A DNA stretch of 64,000 bases from NCBI GenBank assembly GCA_027021385.1, contig JALUUL010000008.1, positions 87,469 through 151,468 of the forward strand, read 5' to 3'. The stretch is from Planctomycetota bacterium. Lineage in GTDB: Bacteria; Planctomycetota; UBA1135; GCA-002748355. A program made the translations under genes and the position numbers. A model generated the notes under the pieces. The model saw only the letters and a program-made list of their open reading frames with translations, was not told the DNA's origin and did no database searches. Positions within the stretch are counted from its first letter, which is position 1. The number at the start of each line of letters is the position of its first letter. Below are positions 29,111 to 38,668 of this stretch, piece after piece.

Positions 29111-29333
29111 GATGAATCAGATCGAAAAGGGTGGGGCCGGAGACCGGAGAACCGTAACCGGGACGAGATCCCCGAAACCCGCGGGCACGCTCATCCGCGA
29201 ACCGGGACTGGAAATGATACTCTCAAGTGTACCCCATCGAGCGTGGCCCCACAAACCGACGGCGCCTCGATCGCGCCTTCCCCGAAACCTCGATGGGAAG
29301 GCCCTTCTCCGAGGGGGCCCGACCAGGCAAGGA

Positions 29334-30023
29334 TCAGGGGGCCTCCAAGCCCGGAGGGGCAAGGGGATCCCGGTCGAATCCGGACATAGCCCGGGGGGTT
29401 CCGAGGATCAGGGCAGCACGGAACGCATCCCGAGGAAGCAGGCCGCCCGGCAGGGAAACGGATCCGCGGGGGACGACCTCGGTCCTCCCTCCGGGTTTCC
29501 CGCCGAACCCGCTTTCCTCGGGAACGAAGGTCCGCTTCTGCGCTTCCACCCCCTCCTTCAGTGAAACGAAGGTTTCGCTCCCGAAGCCTGAGACCGTCTT
29601 CCGGAGTTCCTTCCCCACGCTTCTCGGTCGCCGCCGCTCGGTTTCGAGCGGAACAGGGGGAATCGAAGGAGATTCCATGGATTTTCTCACGGGGGAAGCA
29701 GGCGGTTCCGTTTGCGTGGCGGCCTCCTTCCCGAGGACGGAGGGAGCAGGGGGAGGCGAAGAAGGAGGAGAAGGAGGAGGCGCGGTCCTGGTGGAAAGCC
29801 CCTCACCGAGGAGTTCCCGGATCTTCCGGCCCAGGACCTCCTCGGGGCTCGCCTCCGCCGGTCGTTCCCTGGTTTCCCGAGGGGGGGAGCCTCCGGTTTT
29901 CCGAGGACTCCCGGTCCGTCGTTTCTTCTTCCCTTGTTGGTTCGCGATCTGTCCGAGGATGCCGAAAGCGGCGAGGACGATCAGCGGAAGCGCGTCCTTG
30001 AGGAGTTCGAGGATCGGATCCAT
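29334..30023 (-). CDS. Small single-pass membrane protein with Pro/basic-rich tail (229 aa)
   Basis: ATG lies 25 nt downstream of the floA stop. N-terminal TM LPLIVLAAFGILGQIA followed by KKKRR. Third-position GC and codon choice look coding. No family recognised. Confidence 0.45.
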   Translation of the reverse strand: MDPILELLKDALPLIVLAAFGILGQIANQQGKKKRRTGSPRKTGGSPPRETRERPAEASPEEVLGRKIRELLGEGLSTRTAPPPSPPSSPPPAPSVLGKEAATQTEPPASPVRKSMESPSIPPVPLETERRRPRSVGKELRKTVSGFGSETFVSLKEGVEAQKRTFVPEESGFGGKPGGRTEVVPRGSVSLPGGLLPRDAFRAALILGTPRAMSGFDRDPLAPPGLEAP

Positions 30024-30048
30024 CGTAGGTCCAGTTCTCCTGGAGGCC

Positions 30049-31071
30049 TCAAGACTTCCCGCTCGAAGGTTCGTCCTTCGGATCGGCGAAACCCTTCCGC
30101 ATCGAAGTATCCGCCTCGATGTTCTTCAGGCGCATGTAGTCGAGGATGCCCAGATTCCCCGACCGGAAGGCCTCGGCCATCGCGAGGGGGACCTCCGCCT
30201 CGTTCTCGACGACCTTCGCCCTCATCTCCTGCTCACGGGCGACCGCCATCGCCCTCCGCTCCTCGGCCTTGGCCTGGGCAATCCTCTTGTCGGCTTCCGC
30301 CTGATCGGCCTGGAGGCGCGCGCCGATGTTGTTGCCGATGTCGACGTCCGCGATATCGATCGAGAGGATTTCGAACGCGGTCCCCGCATCCAGCCCCTTC
30401 GCAAGGACAGTCTTGGAGATGTTGTCGGGGTTCTCCAGCACGTCCTTGTGCGAATCCGAGGAACCGATCGTAGAGACGATTCCTTCCCCGACACGGGCGA
30501 TGATCGTCTCCTCGGTCGCTCCCCCGACGAGCCGGTTGATATTCGTCCGGACCGTCACCCGGGCCTTCGCAAGGACCTGGATCCCGTCCTTCGCCATCGC
30601 GCTGACCTCGGTCTTCCCCCTGGCGGGGTCCGGACAATCGATGACCTTCGGATTGACGCAGGTCCGGACGGCCTCGAGAACATCCCTGCCGGCGAGATCG
30701 ATCGCGGCGGCCCGCTTGAAGTCGAGATCGAGACCGGCCCGGTCCGAGGCGATCAGGGATCTCACGACGTTGATCACATTGCCTCCGGCCAGGAAATGAG
30801 CCTCGAGGTCGGCGGTATGGACTAGGACGTTCGCCTGGACCGCCGAGATCTTGGCCCGGACGATCACGGTCGGATTGATCTTCCGGAGACTCATCCCGAT
30901 CAACTGGAACAGGGTGATCCCCGCCTTCGAGAAGTAGGCCTGAACCCAGAGGTTCAGGAACTTCATCAGGAAAATGACGAGGATCAGAAGGAAGACCAGG
31001 AGCAGTCCCAGTCCGATGTAGAGCAGGTTGTTGGCCAGGAGGAATCCCGGCGGGTAAGGGGAGACAGTCAT
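30049..31071 (-). CDS. floA: Flotillin-like protein FloA (UPF0365/YqfA family)
   Basis: Internal ATG at 31071 ([10 protein letters not shown]...). N-terminal [89 protein letters not shown]. Colinear with FloA as I remember it. Confidence 0.9.
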   Translation of the reverse strand: MTVSPYPPGFLLANNLLYIGLGLLLVFLLILVIFLMKFLNLWVQAYFSKAGITLFQLIGMSLRKINPTVIVRAKISAVQANVLVHTADLEAHFLAGGNVINVVRSLIASDRAGLDLDFKRAAAIDLAGRDVLEAVRTCVNPKVIDCPDPARGKTEVSAMAKDGIQVLAKARVTVRTNINRLVGGATEETIIARVGEGIVSTIGSSDSHKDVLENPDNISKTVLAKGLDAGTAFEILSIDIADVDIGNNIGARLQADQAEADKRIAQAKAEERRAMAVAREQEMRAKVVENEAEVPLAMAEAFRSGNLGILDYMRLKNIEADTSMRKGFADPKDEPSSGKS

Positions 31072-31182
31072 GGATCGCTCCGATCGAGAGGTTAGTACCC
31101 CCCGGATCCCGTTCCGGGGGAACTCGGAAGAAGAACGGACTCGAGGCACGGGGAGACAACAAACCTCCGCCGCGATCCTCGT

Positions 31183-33294
31183 TCAAGTTTCATCGGGACC
31201 TCCGGCGGCTCTGGCAACGACGACCTGGGACATCTCAACGGAGAGGATCCTCACGGGGGTTCCGGGGTCGAGGGATTCCCCCCGGGTCTTCGCGTCCACC
31301 CTCCTCGATCCGATCTTCACCGTTCCGGAGGGCCGCAAGGGAGTCAGCGCGATTCCGGTTCCGCCGACGAGAGCTTCCAGGCCCTTCTCTCCGACCGGTT
31401 CCGCATTCGGGTCGAAGGTCGGACCGTCCAGGATCAGCTTCCTGCCGATTCCGGTGCTCGGGAGGAACTTGAACGCGAGAAGGAGAAGAAAAGGGACGCT
31501 GATCAGCACGCTCACCAAGAAGAGAAAACCAGTCACCGTTCCATGCTGGAACGCCAGGAAAACTGTGGAGACGATCAGGATTCCCGAAGCGATCGAAAGC
31601 ACCCCGAAACTGGGGAAGAAGACCTCCGCCACCATCGCAAGGAGACCTCCGAGCAACATCAGGAGGAGCCAGGGGATCGAGACCGCCCCCGCCTCCTCCC
31701 GCACCGGAGCTTCCGGCCCGGTCTTCCGTCCCTCCTCCGCCTCGACCAGGATCCGGTTCCCCTCGACCTGGACGACCCGGACCCTTTTCCCGGACTCGAG
31801 GTAGGCCCCCGTCGTAACGACATCGTAGGGTTCGCCTCCGATTTCGATCTTTCCGGATGGACGAAGGTCGGTTAGGGCGACCCCCTCCGTTCCGAGCAGT
31901 TTCGCGAAGGCCGGCTCCTGGGTCGCGGCCCGATGCACCTGGTCCGCCGTGGTGCTTTTCTCGAGGAGCAGATTCCGGAAGAGTGGAAGATGCGGAAGCA
32001 GTTTCGAGAGCAGAAAGCCCAGGGCGAACACTCCGGCGAGGACCCAGGTCAGGGCCCAGAGATTCTCGTTGAGGATCTCCCCCTCGAAGGCCCCCTCGGG
32101 GGCCAGGAAGGGTTGGAGTGAGAGAAAGAGGGCGGCGATGATCGAAATCAGCCCGACGAGTCCCGAGATCACCGTCCCCGGAATCACGAAGATCTCGACG
32201 AGGATCAGGCCCACCCCCAGGAAGAACAGAAGGATCTCGGTCCAGGCTGCCAGGCCGACGAGCCAGGACCCCCCGAAAAACAGCAGGAAGCAGAGGACCG
32301 ACAGGGCCTCCGGCAGCCCGGTGCCCGGCATCTTAAAGGCCATGACGGCCATCAGGACGCCTCCGAGGAGCAGAAAGAAGCGCACTCCATACAGGAACCC
32401 CGCCAGCTCCTCCGACCAGGTCCTCCTGAGTCTTCGCACCTCGGCGGGATCGACTCCGAGTTCGCGATACAACTCCTCGGGACTCGAAACCAGCCCCCTG
32501 ACGAGATCGAGCCTCAGGGCTTCTTCCCCCGTCAGGGTCAGCGGCCGTGGTTCGAGGATCCGATCCTCCAAAATCTCGACTTCATTGTCCCTGAGATTGT
32601 CGAGGGCCTCCTTGCTGAGGAGATCGCGCCGGAGGACCCTGTCCTTCCCCCGGTATCGGATTTCATGGAGTTCTAGACCCGGATCCACCATAGCCTCCGC
32701 GAGAACTGCGGCCTTGCCCCCATGCCTCGAGGCAATCGTTCGAATCTCCGCCCTCATCCCGGAGATGAGCTTGGCGTAGAACTCATCCTCGAGCAGCCCC
32801 TTGATACCACCTCCGAACACCGGGGTGCAGGCGCCCAGGGTCGCCCCCGGCCCCATGAAGATCCGGTCGCAGGCCAGGGCGATCACGGCCCCCGCACTCA
32901 ATCCCTGCCTTCGGATATAGGCGAGCGTCGCGATCTTGGACTCCCGCATCTGCCGGAGCATCGAGACGACTTCTTCCATCTCGGTCACGGCCCCGCCCGG
33001 GGTGTCGATCTCGAGGATGAGCCGAGGAATCCCCTCGGCTCGGGCCTCCCGAAGACCGCGCTGCATCAATGCGACGGTCCGGAAATCGATCGGGCCCTGT
33101 ATCGGCACGACGAGGACCTCCGGAGGGGCTTTCTCCTCCCCCTTCCTTTGGACGGGGGTCGCGAAGGCCTCCCCCCCCAGGAGGAACGCGGCGAGGAGCA
33201 CGGACCATGTCCGTTTTCGTCGGACCTTTTCGGGATTCTCTGTCAGCATTCGGTTCGAGTCTTTTGAGGATCCGCGGAAGTCCCAAGCCTCCAT
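31183..33294 (-). CDS. NfeD-family membrane-bound ClpP-class serine protease, long form with two C-terminal OB-type NfeD domains
   Basis: LEIDTPGGAV and GLSAGAVIALACDRIFMGPGATLG (ClpP-like). Multi-TM core. Two copies of the NfeD C-domain motif (GTEGVALTDLRPSGKIEIGG..., GGTGIALTPLRPSGTVKIGS...). Alternative start ATG 33249. Confidence 0.85.
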   Translation of the reverse strand: MEAWDFRGSSKDSNRMLTENPEKVRRKRTWSVLLAAFLLGGEAFATPVQRKGEEKAPPEVLVVPIQGPIDFRTVALMQRGLREARAEGIPRLILEIDTPGGAVTEMEEVVSMLRQMRESKIATLAYIRRQGLSAGAVIALACDRIFMGPGATLGACTPVFGGGIKGLLEDEFYAKLISGMRAEIRTIASRHGGKAAVLAEAMVDPGLELHEIRYRGKDRVLRRDLLSKEALDNLRDNEVEILEDRILEPRPLTLTGEEALRLDLVRGLVSSPEELYRELGVDPAEVRRLRRTWSEELAGFLYGVRFFLLLGGVLMAVMAFKMPGTGLPEALSVLCFLLFFGGSWLVGLAAWTEILLFFLGVGLILVEIFVIPGTVISGLVGLISIIAALFLSLQPFLAPEGAFEGEILNENLWALTWVLAGVFALGFLLSKLLPHLPLFRNLLLEKSTTADQVHRAATQEPAFAKLLGTEGVALTDLRPSGKIEIGGEPYDVVTTGAYLESGKRVRVVQVEGNRILVEAEEGRKTGPEAPVREEAGAVSIPWLLLMLLGGLLAMVAEVFFPSFGVLSIASGILIVSTVFLAFQHGTVTGFLFLVSVLISVPFLLLLAFKFLPSTGIGRKLILDGPTFDPNAEPVGEKGLEALVGGTGIALTPLRPSGTVKIGSRRVDAKTRGESLDPGTPVRILSVEMSQVVVARAAGGPDET

Positions 33295-33365
33295 GGCAAG
33301 GAACCGGGAGGCCCCGGCCGGGGCCCTCCCCAGCCACCCCTCTCCGCGTGCCGATAATACCCGTC

Positions 33366-35000
33366 ATGGAAGCGATTCGGGATGCATGGAGAGGCAAACC
33401 CGCGGGAGAAGGTTCCGAGTCCGTTCACCACCTCGAGCCCCAGGTCGCGGGCCGGCTGCTTCAGGCCTTCCACGCTGCGGTCCAAGCCCAGAGTCTCGGC
33501 ATCGAGGAACAACCGCGACTCAGGGAATCCCTCGACCGGGATTTCATCGAAAGGCTCCGGTCGATCCTCGATTCCCGGGAAACGCTGACGATCCGCATCC
33601 ACCCCGACGGGTTCCAGGTCGATCATTGTCTGCTCCCGGCCGACACCGAAGCCATGGCTCTGGCCGCTTTCCTCAGAGACGAGGGAATCCGCTCGATCCA
33701 CATCCGCAAGGAGACCACGGACGAAACCCTCGACCGTCTTCTGGTCATGCTGGGCTCCTACCTGGCCGTAAGGGGCCATTGGAGACACAGGCCGGGACTC
33801 TGGCAGCGCCTCCTCAACGATGAGTTCCCCGGGATCAGTTTCGGAATCCTCCGGGGCATCGATCCTGAAGAACTCGACATGGAGAATGCGCTCCTCGGCC
33901 CGGGGGAGGGTGTCTACTGGAGCGATCCGAGCGGCCTCCCGCTTGCGGGTTTCCGGGAATTCTGGGCGGAACGCCAGGCCCGGGTCGAGATGAACAGAAA
34001 TCTCGACTTCGAGTTCGGAAAAGCTCTCTCCGAGGACATGGCGCGTTGTCCCGCCGACAGCCCTCTGCGCAACGCGGAACTGCGGGCCCTGCGACCGGTC
34101 ATCGGAAGCCTCGTTCGACAGGGTAAACCCAGGGAAGCCCTCGCCCTCCTGGAATCCATCGAGCTTTCCCCCGGCTTTTCGGAGCGGGAACGTGCGATCC
34201 TCGACTCCCTTCTTCACGATTTCCGCAAACCGAGCTATCTCCGCTCCTTCCTCGACAACCTCCCCCCCCATCCCGACAGCGGACACGCGGCCTTCCTGAT
34301 GCGGCTCGGACCCGAGATCGCCCCCGCCCTCCTGAAGGAATCGATCCGCTACCGCTCCGCGGCCCTGCACACGCTCCTCGAAACCCTGGTCCAACTCGAT
34401 CCCTCCCCATTCTTCGAGGTTCTGGGCCATGATGAGGATCCCGAGGCCAGGGAGCGGGCCCTGGACCTCCTCCATTCCGCCAAGAGAAGCATCCCCACCG
34501 GTCTGCTTCGGGATCTCGCCCGCCACCCGGCGCCCTTCCTCCGAACGAAGGCCTTGAGAATTCTTGTCGAGGAACGCCCGGAACAGCTCGATGAGGAAGA
34601 GGCCCTTCGCTTCCTCGAGGATCCGAACGAAGGCGTCAGACTCCAGGCCCTACGACGGCTCCTCGACTCGCCTCCGGACCCGGAACGATTCCGGCGACTC
34701 CTCGACTGGTTCCGGATACGACAGAGGGACTTCTCCCTCAAGGAGCGTCACGATTCCCTGCGGGCCCTCTACTTGGCCGACCGCTCGAAGGCGATCGACC
34801 TCTTCAGGTCCTGGCTCTTCGATCCCCCCGCGATGGTTCGAAGGAGATCGGACCGGGAAAACCGCGGGTGCGCGCTTCGGGTTCTGGGCGAACATTCCGG
34901 CGGAGAAGGACGTGAACTGCTCGAACGGGCCGCGGAACATCCCGATCCCGGTCTCCGGAAGAAGGCCCTGGAGATCCTCTCTTCGGATTCTGGGGCCTGA
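33366..35000 (+). CDS. HEAT-repeat protein (545 aa)
   Basis: ATG 33366 (MEAIRDAWRG), divergent from nfeD. C-terminal HEAT-like units HDEDPEARERALDLL, RHPAPFLRTKALRIL, EDPNEGVRLQALRRL, HPDPGLRKKALEIL. The tracked extension to 33069 overlaps nfeD and is rejected. Confidence 0.65.
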   Translation: MEAIRDAWRGKPAGEGSESVHHLEPQVAGRLLQAFHAAVQAQSLGIEEQPRLRESLDRDFIERLRSILDSRETLTIRIHPDGFQVDHCLLPADTEAMALAAFLRDEGIRSIHIRKETTDETLDRLLVMLGSYLAVRGHWRHRPGLWQRLLNDEFPGISFGILRGIDPEELDMENALLGPGEGVYWSDPSGLPLAGFREFWAERQARVEMNRNLDFEFGKALSEDMARCPADSPLRNAELRALRPVIGSLVRQGKPREALALLESIELSPGFSERERAILDSLLHDFRKPSYLRSFLDNLPPHPDSGHAAFLMRLGPEIAPALLKESIRYRSAALHTLLETLVQLDPSPFFEVLGHDEDPEARERALDLLHSAKRSIPTGLLRDLARHPAPFLRTKALRILVEERPEQLDEEEALRFLEDPNEGVRLQALRRLLDSPPDPERFRRLLDWFRIRQRDFSLKERHDSLRALYLADRSKAIDLFRSWLFDPPAMVRRRSDRENRGCALRVLGEHSGGEGRELLERAAEHPDPGLRKKALEILSSDSGA

Positions 35001-35215
35001 GGGGGTGAGTCCCCCCGCCCCGTCTCCCCGGCGAGGAACCCGGTTTCGGTGCCGCGCCCGTCGCCGGGGTCTTATTCGAAAGATGACGAGATTTGGCTAC
35101 TTTCCTCGAATCCAGGACCCAAGGTTCCGTTCCTTCCCCAGCCAGGGAAGAATGCACGAGGGCGGAACCATCGACCAGGTTCCGGTTCCCGGGACATGGA
35201 GTGGAGCGACAGGAA

Positions 35216-35944
35216 ATGACGCAGGAAGAAAAAAAGAAACCCACGAACGTCGACCGAGTCATCATCAGGCCCTGGCCCAAGGTCATCTTTCTCTATCCGA
35301 CGATGGTCTACAGTCTCGTCGCCTGGTTCATCTCCTTCCTGTTCATGAATCCGGACTCCACGAGTCTCTCCCAGACCCTGGGGCTCCTGTTCTGCACGAT
35401 CTTCTTCTTGAACCTCCTGGTCTTCGCGTTCGACTTTTCGAGAATCAAGTCGATCACTTTGATCTTCGTCTTCGTGGCTCTGGTGTTCGCTCTGGCCTGG
35501 GCCAATACGAGATGGGAGGTCATGGCCTCGATCCGGAACCTCGTCAACAAGATCGACATCCGGATGAATACCCAGTTCTACGGGTTCATGGCCTTCTTCA
35601 TGCTTTTCATCTTCATGCTGGTTTTCATCAACACCCGCTTCAACTACTTCGAAATCAACAGGAACGAGATCCTCCACCATCACGGCTACCTGGGGGACAT
35701 CACGAGAACGCCGACGCACGCGATGAGGATGCAGAAGGAGATCTACGACCTGATGGAATACGTGCTCCTGCGCTCCGGAAGGTTGATCTTCTATCCCTCG
35801 AACGTCCGGGAGGCCCTGGTCATCGACAACGTCGTCAAGGTCAACCTCGTCGAGAAGCGAATCAAGGACCTCCTTTCCAGCGTCTCGGTCGCCCTCCGGA
35901 CGAACGAGGAGGGGGTCCAGGAAGACCTCTCCTCCCCGTTCTGA
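35216..35944 (+). CDS. Four-TM membrane protein with soluble C-terminal domain, unknown family
   Basis: ATG 35216 (MTQEEKKK) preceded by GGAGCGACAGGAA. TM segments VIFLYPTMVYSLVAWFISFLF, LGLLFCTIFFLNLLVFAF, ITLIFVFVALVFALAW, FYGFMAFFMLFIFMLVFI. Visibly lower GC than neighbours. Confidence 0.65.
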   Translation: MTQEEKKKPTNVDRVIIRPWPKVIFLYPTMVYSLVAWFISFLFMNPDSTSLSQTLGLLFCTIFFLNLLVFAFDFSRIKSITLIFVFVALVFALAWANTRWEVMASIRNLVNKIDIRMNTQFYGFMAFFMLFIFMLVFINTRFNYFEINRNEILHHHGYLGDITRTPTHAMRMQKEIYDLMEYVLLRSGRLIFYPSNVREALVIDNVVKVNLVEKRIKDLLSSVSVALRTNEEGVQEDLSSPF

Positions 35945-35951
35945 GGTCATA

Positions 35952-35980
35952 CCGGGGACGGAGCACCGTCTCTCCCCCGG
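35952..35980. terminator. Imperfect hairpin between convergent genes
   Basis: CCGGGG (35952-57) pairs with CCCCGG (35975-80). Inner ACGG/CCGT stem with AGCA loop and a 5-nt bulge. It starts 8 nt after the + gene stop. Confidence 0.3.
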
Positions 35981-36005
35981 CTCGAAGCGGGGTGCGTCCC
36001 GTTCC

Positions 36006-36725
36006 CTAGTCGTCGTTTCCGCCGATCACGAACTGCAGGTAGTAGAGCAAAGTGGCGATGGCGATGAGGGCGGAGGCGACATAGGTGAAACCCGCCGCGA
36101 AGAGGGTCTTCCGGACTCCCGGCATCTCGTCCGAGGCCACGAGCCCCGAACTCTCGAGGATCCGGATCGCCCGGCGCGAAGCGTCGAACTCGACCGGGAG
36201 CGTCACCAGGTGGAAGACGACCGCCATGGCGAAACCCAGGATCCCCAGCCACAGGAACAGGGTTCCGGGTCCGCCGCCCCGCAGGCCGCCGAGGAGGAAA
36301 CCCAGGAAGATCATCGGCATCGCCAGGTTGCTTCCGAGATTGACGGCGGGAACGATCGCGGAGCGGGCCTCCATCGGCCGGTAGTTCTCGGCGTGCTGGA
36401 GGGCATGCCCGCATTCATGGGCCGCCACCGCAACGGCCGCGGGGGTCCGGCCCTCGAGGATCTCCCTCGAGAGCCTCACGGTCCGGGTTCGGGGGTCGTA
36501 GTGATCCGACAGGATTCCGGGAACAGATTCGATCGTGACTTCCGGAATGCCGGAAGCCTCCAGGATTAGCTTCGCTGCATCCAGGCCGGACAGGCCGGAA
36601 CGCAGTCTGCCTCGGTTGTACTTCTCGAAGGTTCCCTTGACCTTCCAAGAAGCCCACATCGCGAGCAGGATGAAAGGACCTACGAGCAGGAAATACCGTG
36701 GGTCGAAGTAGAAGAAGGCGGTCAT
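36006..36725 (-). CDS. Membrane zinc metallopeptidase (YugP/Zn_peptidase_2-like)
   Basis: FYFDPRYFLLVGPFILLAMW N-terminus. HECGHALQH (HExxH). Three C-terminal TM segments. Confidence 0.85.
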   Translation of the reverse strand: MTAFFYFDPRYFLLVGPFILLAMWASWKVKGTFEKYNRGRLRSGLSGLDAAKLILEASGIPEVTIESVPGILSDHYDPRTRTVRLSREILEGRTPAAVAVAAHECGHALQHAENYRPMEARSAIVPAVNLGSNLAMPMIFLGFLLGGLRGGGPGTLFLWLGILGFAMAVVFHLVTLPVEFDASRRAIRILESSGLVASDEMPGVRKTLFAAGFTYVASALIAIATLLYYLQFVIGGNDD

Positions 36726-36897
36726 CCTCAGGTTCTCTCCAGAACGGTGGGAAACGGGTGTCTCGAATAGCCCCGGTCCTCTACGTCTTCAAGCGGCAGT
36801 TCCTCCCTCCTTCCCTCCGAAACCTGCGGGGGTCTTTCCCCGCCGCCGGGTGGGCGCCGCTGGGAGGCGCTAAGCTCTCCTGAGGAAGCCTTTTTCG

Positions 36898-38538
36898 ATG
36901 TCTCGGAAACCTCTATCGGTCGTAATCCTCTCCACGGCGGTTCTGGGCGCCCTCGGCTTCCTTCTCGTTCCGCCGTTCCGGGAACCCGCCCTCTCTTCGG
37001 GGGATTCCGTGGACAGGCCTCCCCCCCAAGGCCTCCCCCTCGTTCGGGAGGGGGACGGTTCCCGCCCGGCCGTTCCGCGGACGGGAGGAACCCCCGAAGA
37101 AGGCGCCCCCACCGCCGCCCCCCCCTCCTCGACCCTTTCGGAGCGGCTTGAGGACAGGGGCGTCCTCGGAAGGGTCACCGGCCCCTTCGGGCAGGGGATC
37201 CCCGGCGCTGAAATCGAGGCCTGGAGTCCACGCGACGGCTGGCATCCGGCCGATTTGAGCCTCGAGACCCGCAGTGGGGAGGGGGGCCGCTTCCGGCTCG
37301 CCCTTCCCCCTGGAAGGATCTGGACGTTCTACATCCGACACCCCGATTTCGCTCCGCTTGGACCCGCCGGCCGGTGCGATTCCCTCCAGCCTGGCTGGCG
37401 CACCCTGCCCCCGTTCCGCCTCAGGAGCGGCTTCGGCCTTGCCGGGATCGTGCGTACAGGCGGGTCCGAGGGCCCCCCCCTCGCCGGAGTCCGTGTCCGG
37501 ATCCGCCGGAGTCTCCTTCCCGAATCGGGACCCTTCTCCGGAAAGACCGAGGAGCGCACGACGGACGCGGGGGGCGGGTTCCGCATCCAGGGCCTGGAGC
37601 CGGGGGAATACCGGATCGAACTCTTCCCTCCCGAGCCCTTCGCCCCCCTCTCGATTCCCGCCTGGAAAGCGGCCCCGACCGAGACCCTGTCCCCCCGCAT
37701 CCTCGTCCTCAGGCGCGGGTACCGCCTCGAGGGGCGCGTCCGCTGGCCAGAGTTCCGGGATTCTTCCGGCCCGGTGGATCTCGTTCTCGAACTGAACGCG
37801 GAGGTCCTGAAGGACGCCGTCCCGGACCTGCCCCGGCTTCGCTGCCCTCTCGATCCCCGGGGCCGGTGGAGCTTCCCCTCCGTCCCCGAGGGGACCTATA
37901 TCCTCCGGGTCCTGCCGGAAGGGTCCGCCATCCCTCTTCTGATCCGTTCCGGCGTCCGTGTTCCCGGCATGGGCTTCCTCGACCTCGTGATCCGAGGGGG
38001 ACCGAAGCTCAAGATCCGCTTCCGCGGGGAGGCCCCGGTCGGTCGCCTCTTCCTCCGGAATCCCCGGCCCTCGCCCTCCGTCCCCCCTCGGCGGATCCCG
38101 ATCCGATTCCACCGGACCGGCAGCGACTGGATCCCCGACTCCCTCCCCTCGGGTCGCTTCCGCCTCGAGATCCGCGCGTCCAAGTCCTCCGTTCTCTGGT
38201 CCCCCGTTCTCGATTCCCGGAACCTCCCCGAAGCCCTCGTTCTCGAGGTTCCCGCCCTCCCCACGGGCCGCATCGAGGGGACCTTCCCGGAGGCCGTCGC
38301 CCTCAGGATCCGGGTCCTGTCCGGGGAGACTCCCCCCACGGCCTGGACATGGTCCTCCGAACCGATCCGCCTTCCCCTCGGGCCCGGGGGGAGGCTCCCG
38401 CCGGTCCTCGTCCCCGCCGGCCGTCTCCGGATCCGCCTCCTCGACCGGGGAGGCGCCGTCCGCTCTCTGCCCGACCTGGACTTGCGTCCCGGAGAACGGA
38501 GACGCCTCCCTCCGCTGGGCGGTTCCTCCTCCCGTTGA
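36898..38538 (+). CDS. Signal-anchored CarboxypepD_reg-like repeat protein (546 aa)
   Basis: ATG preceded by GAGGAAG. TM VVILSTAVLGALGFLLVPPF. Repeats of the type GRVTGPFGQGIPGAEIEAW, TTDAGGGFRIQGLEPGEYRIEL, DPRGRWSFPSVPEGTYILRV. The antisense ORF 36913..38922 is G/P/R junk. Confidence 0.6.
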   Translation: MSRKPLSVVILSTAVLGALGFLLVPPFREPALSSGDSVDRPPPQGLPLVREGDGSRPAVPRTGGTPEEGAPTAAPPSSTLSERLEDRGVLGRVTGPFGQGIPGAEIEAWSPRDGWHPADLSLETRSGEGGRFRLALPPGRIWTFYIRHPDFAPLGPAGRCDSLQPGWRTLPPFRLRSGFGLAGIVRTGGSEGPPLAGVRVRIRRSLLPESGPFSGKTEERTTDAGGGFRIQGLEPGEYRIELFPPEPFAPLSIPAWKAAPTETLSPRILVLRRGYRLEGRVRWPEFRDSSGPVDLVLELNAEVLKDAVPDLPRLRCPLDPRGRWSFPSVPEGTYILRVLPEGSAIPLLIRSGVRVPGMGFLDLVIRGGPKLKIRFRGEAPVGRLFLRNPRPSPSVPPRRIPIRFHRTGSDWIPDSLPSGRFRLEIRASKSSVLWSPVLDSRNLPEALVLEVPALPTGRIEGTFPEAVALRIRVLSGETPPTAWTWSSEPIRLPLGPGGRLPPVLVPAGRLRIRLLDRGGAVRSLPDLDLRPGERRRLPPLGGSSSR

Positions 38539-38571
38539 TTGCGGGAGAGACCTCAGGCCTCCATTCCCTTC

Positions 38572-38615
38572 GCCCGGCCTTCCGGCCGGGCTAGACTTCC
38601 CGGATTCCCGGGAAG
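38572..38615 (+). terminator. Two tandem perfect GC hairpins after 36898..38538
   Basis: Hairpin 1: CCCGGCC-TTCC-GGCCGGG (38573-38590; 8 bp if g38572/c38591 are included). Hairpin 2: CTTCCCGG-ATTC-CCGGGAAG (38596-38615). No U tract. Confidence 0.45.
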
Positions 38616-38668
38616 AAGTCCCCCTCGCCGGCGTCGTATCCGGCCCCTTTCCCGCCTGGACGTGACCG

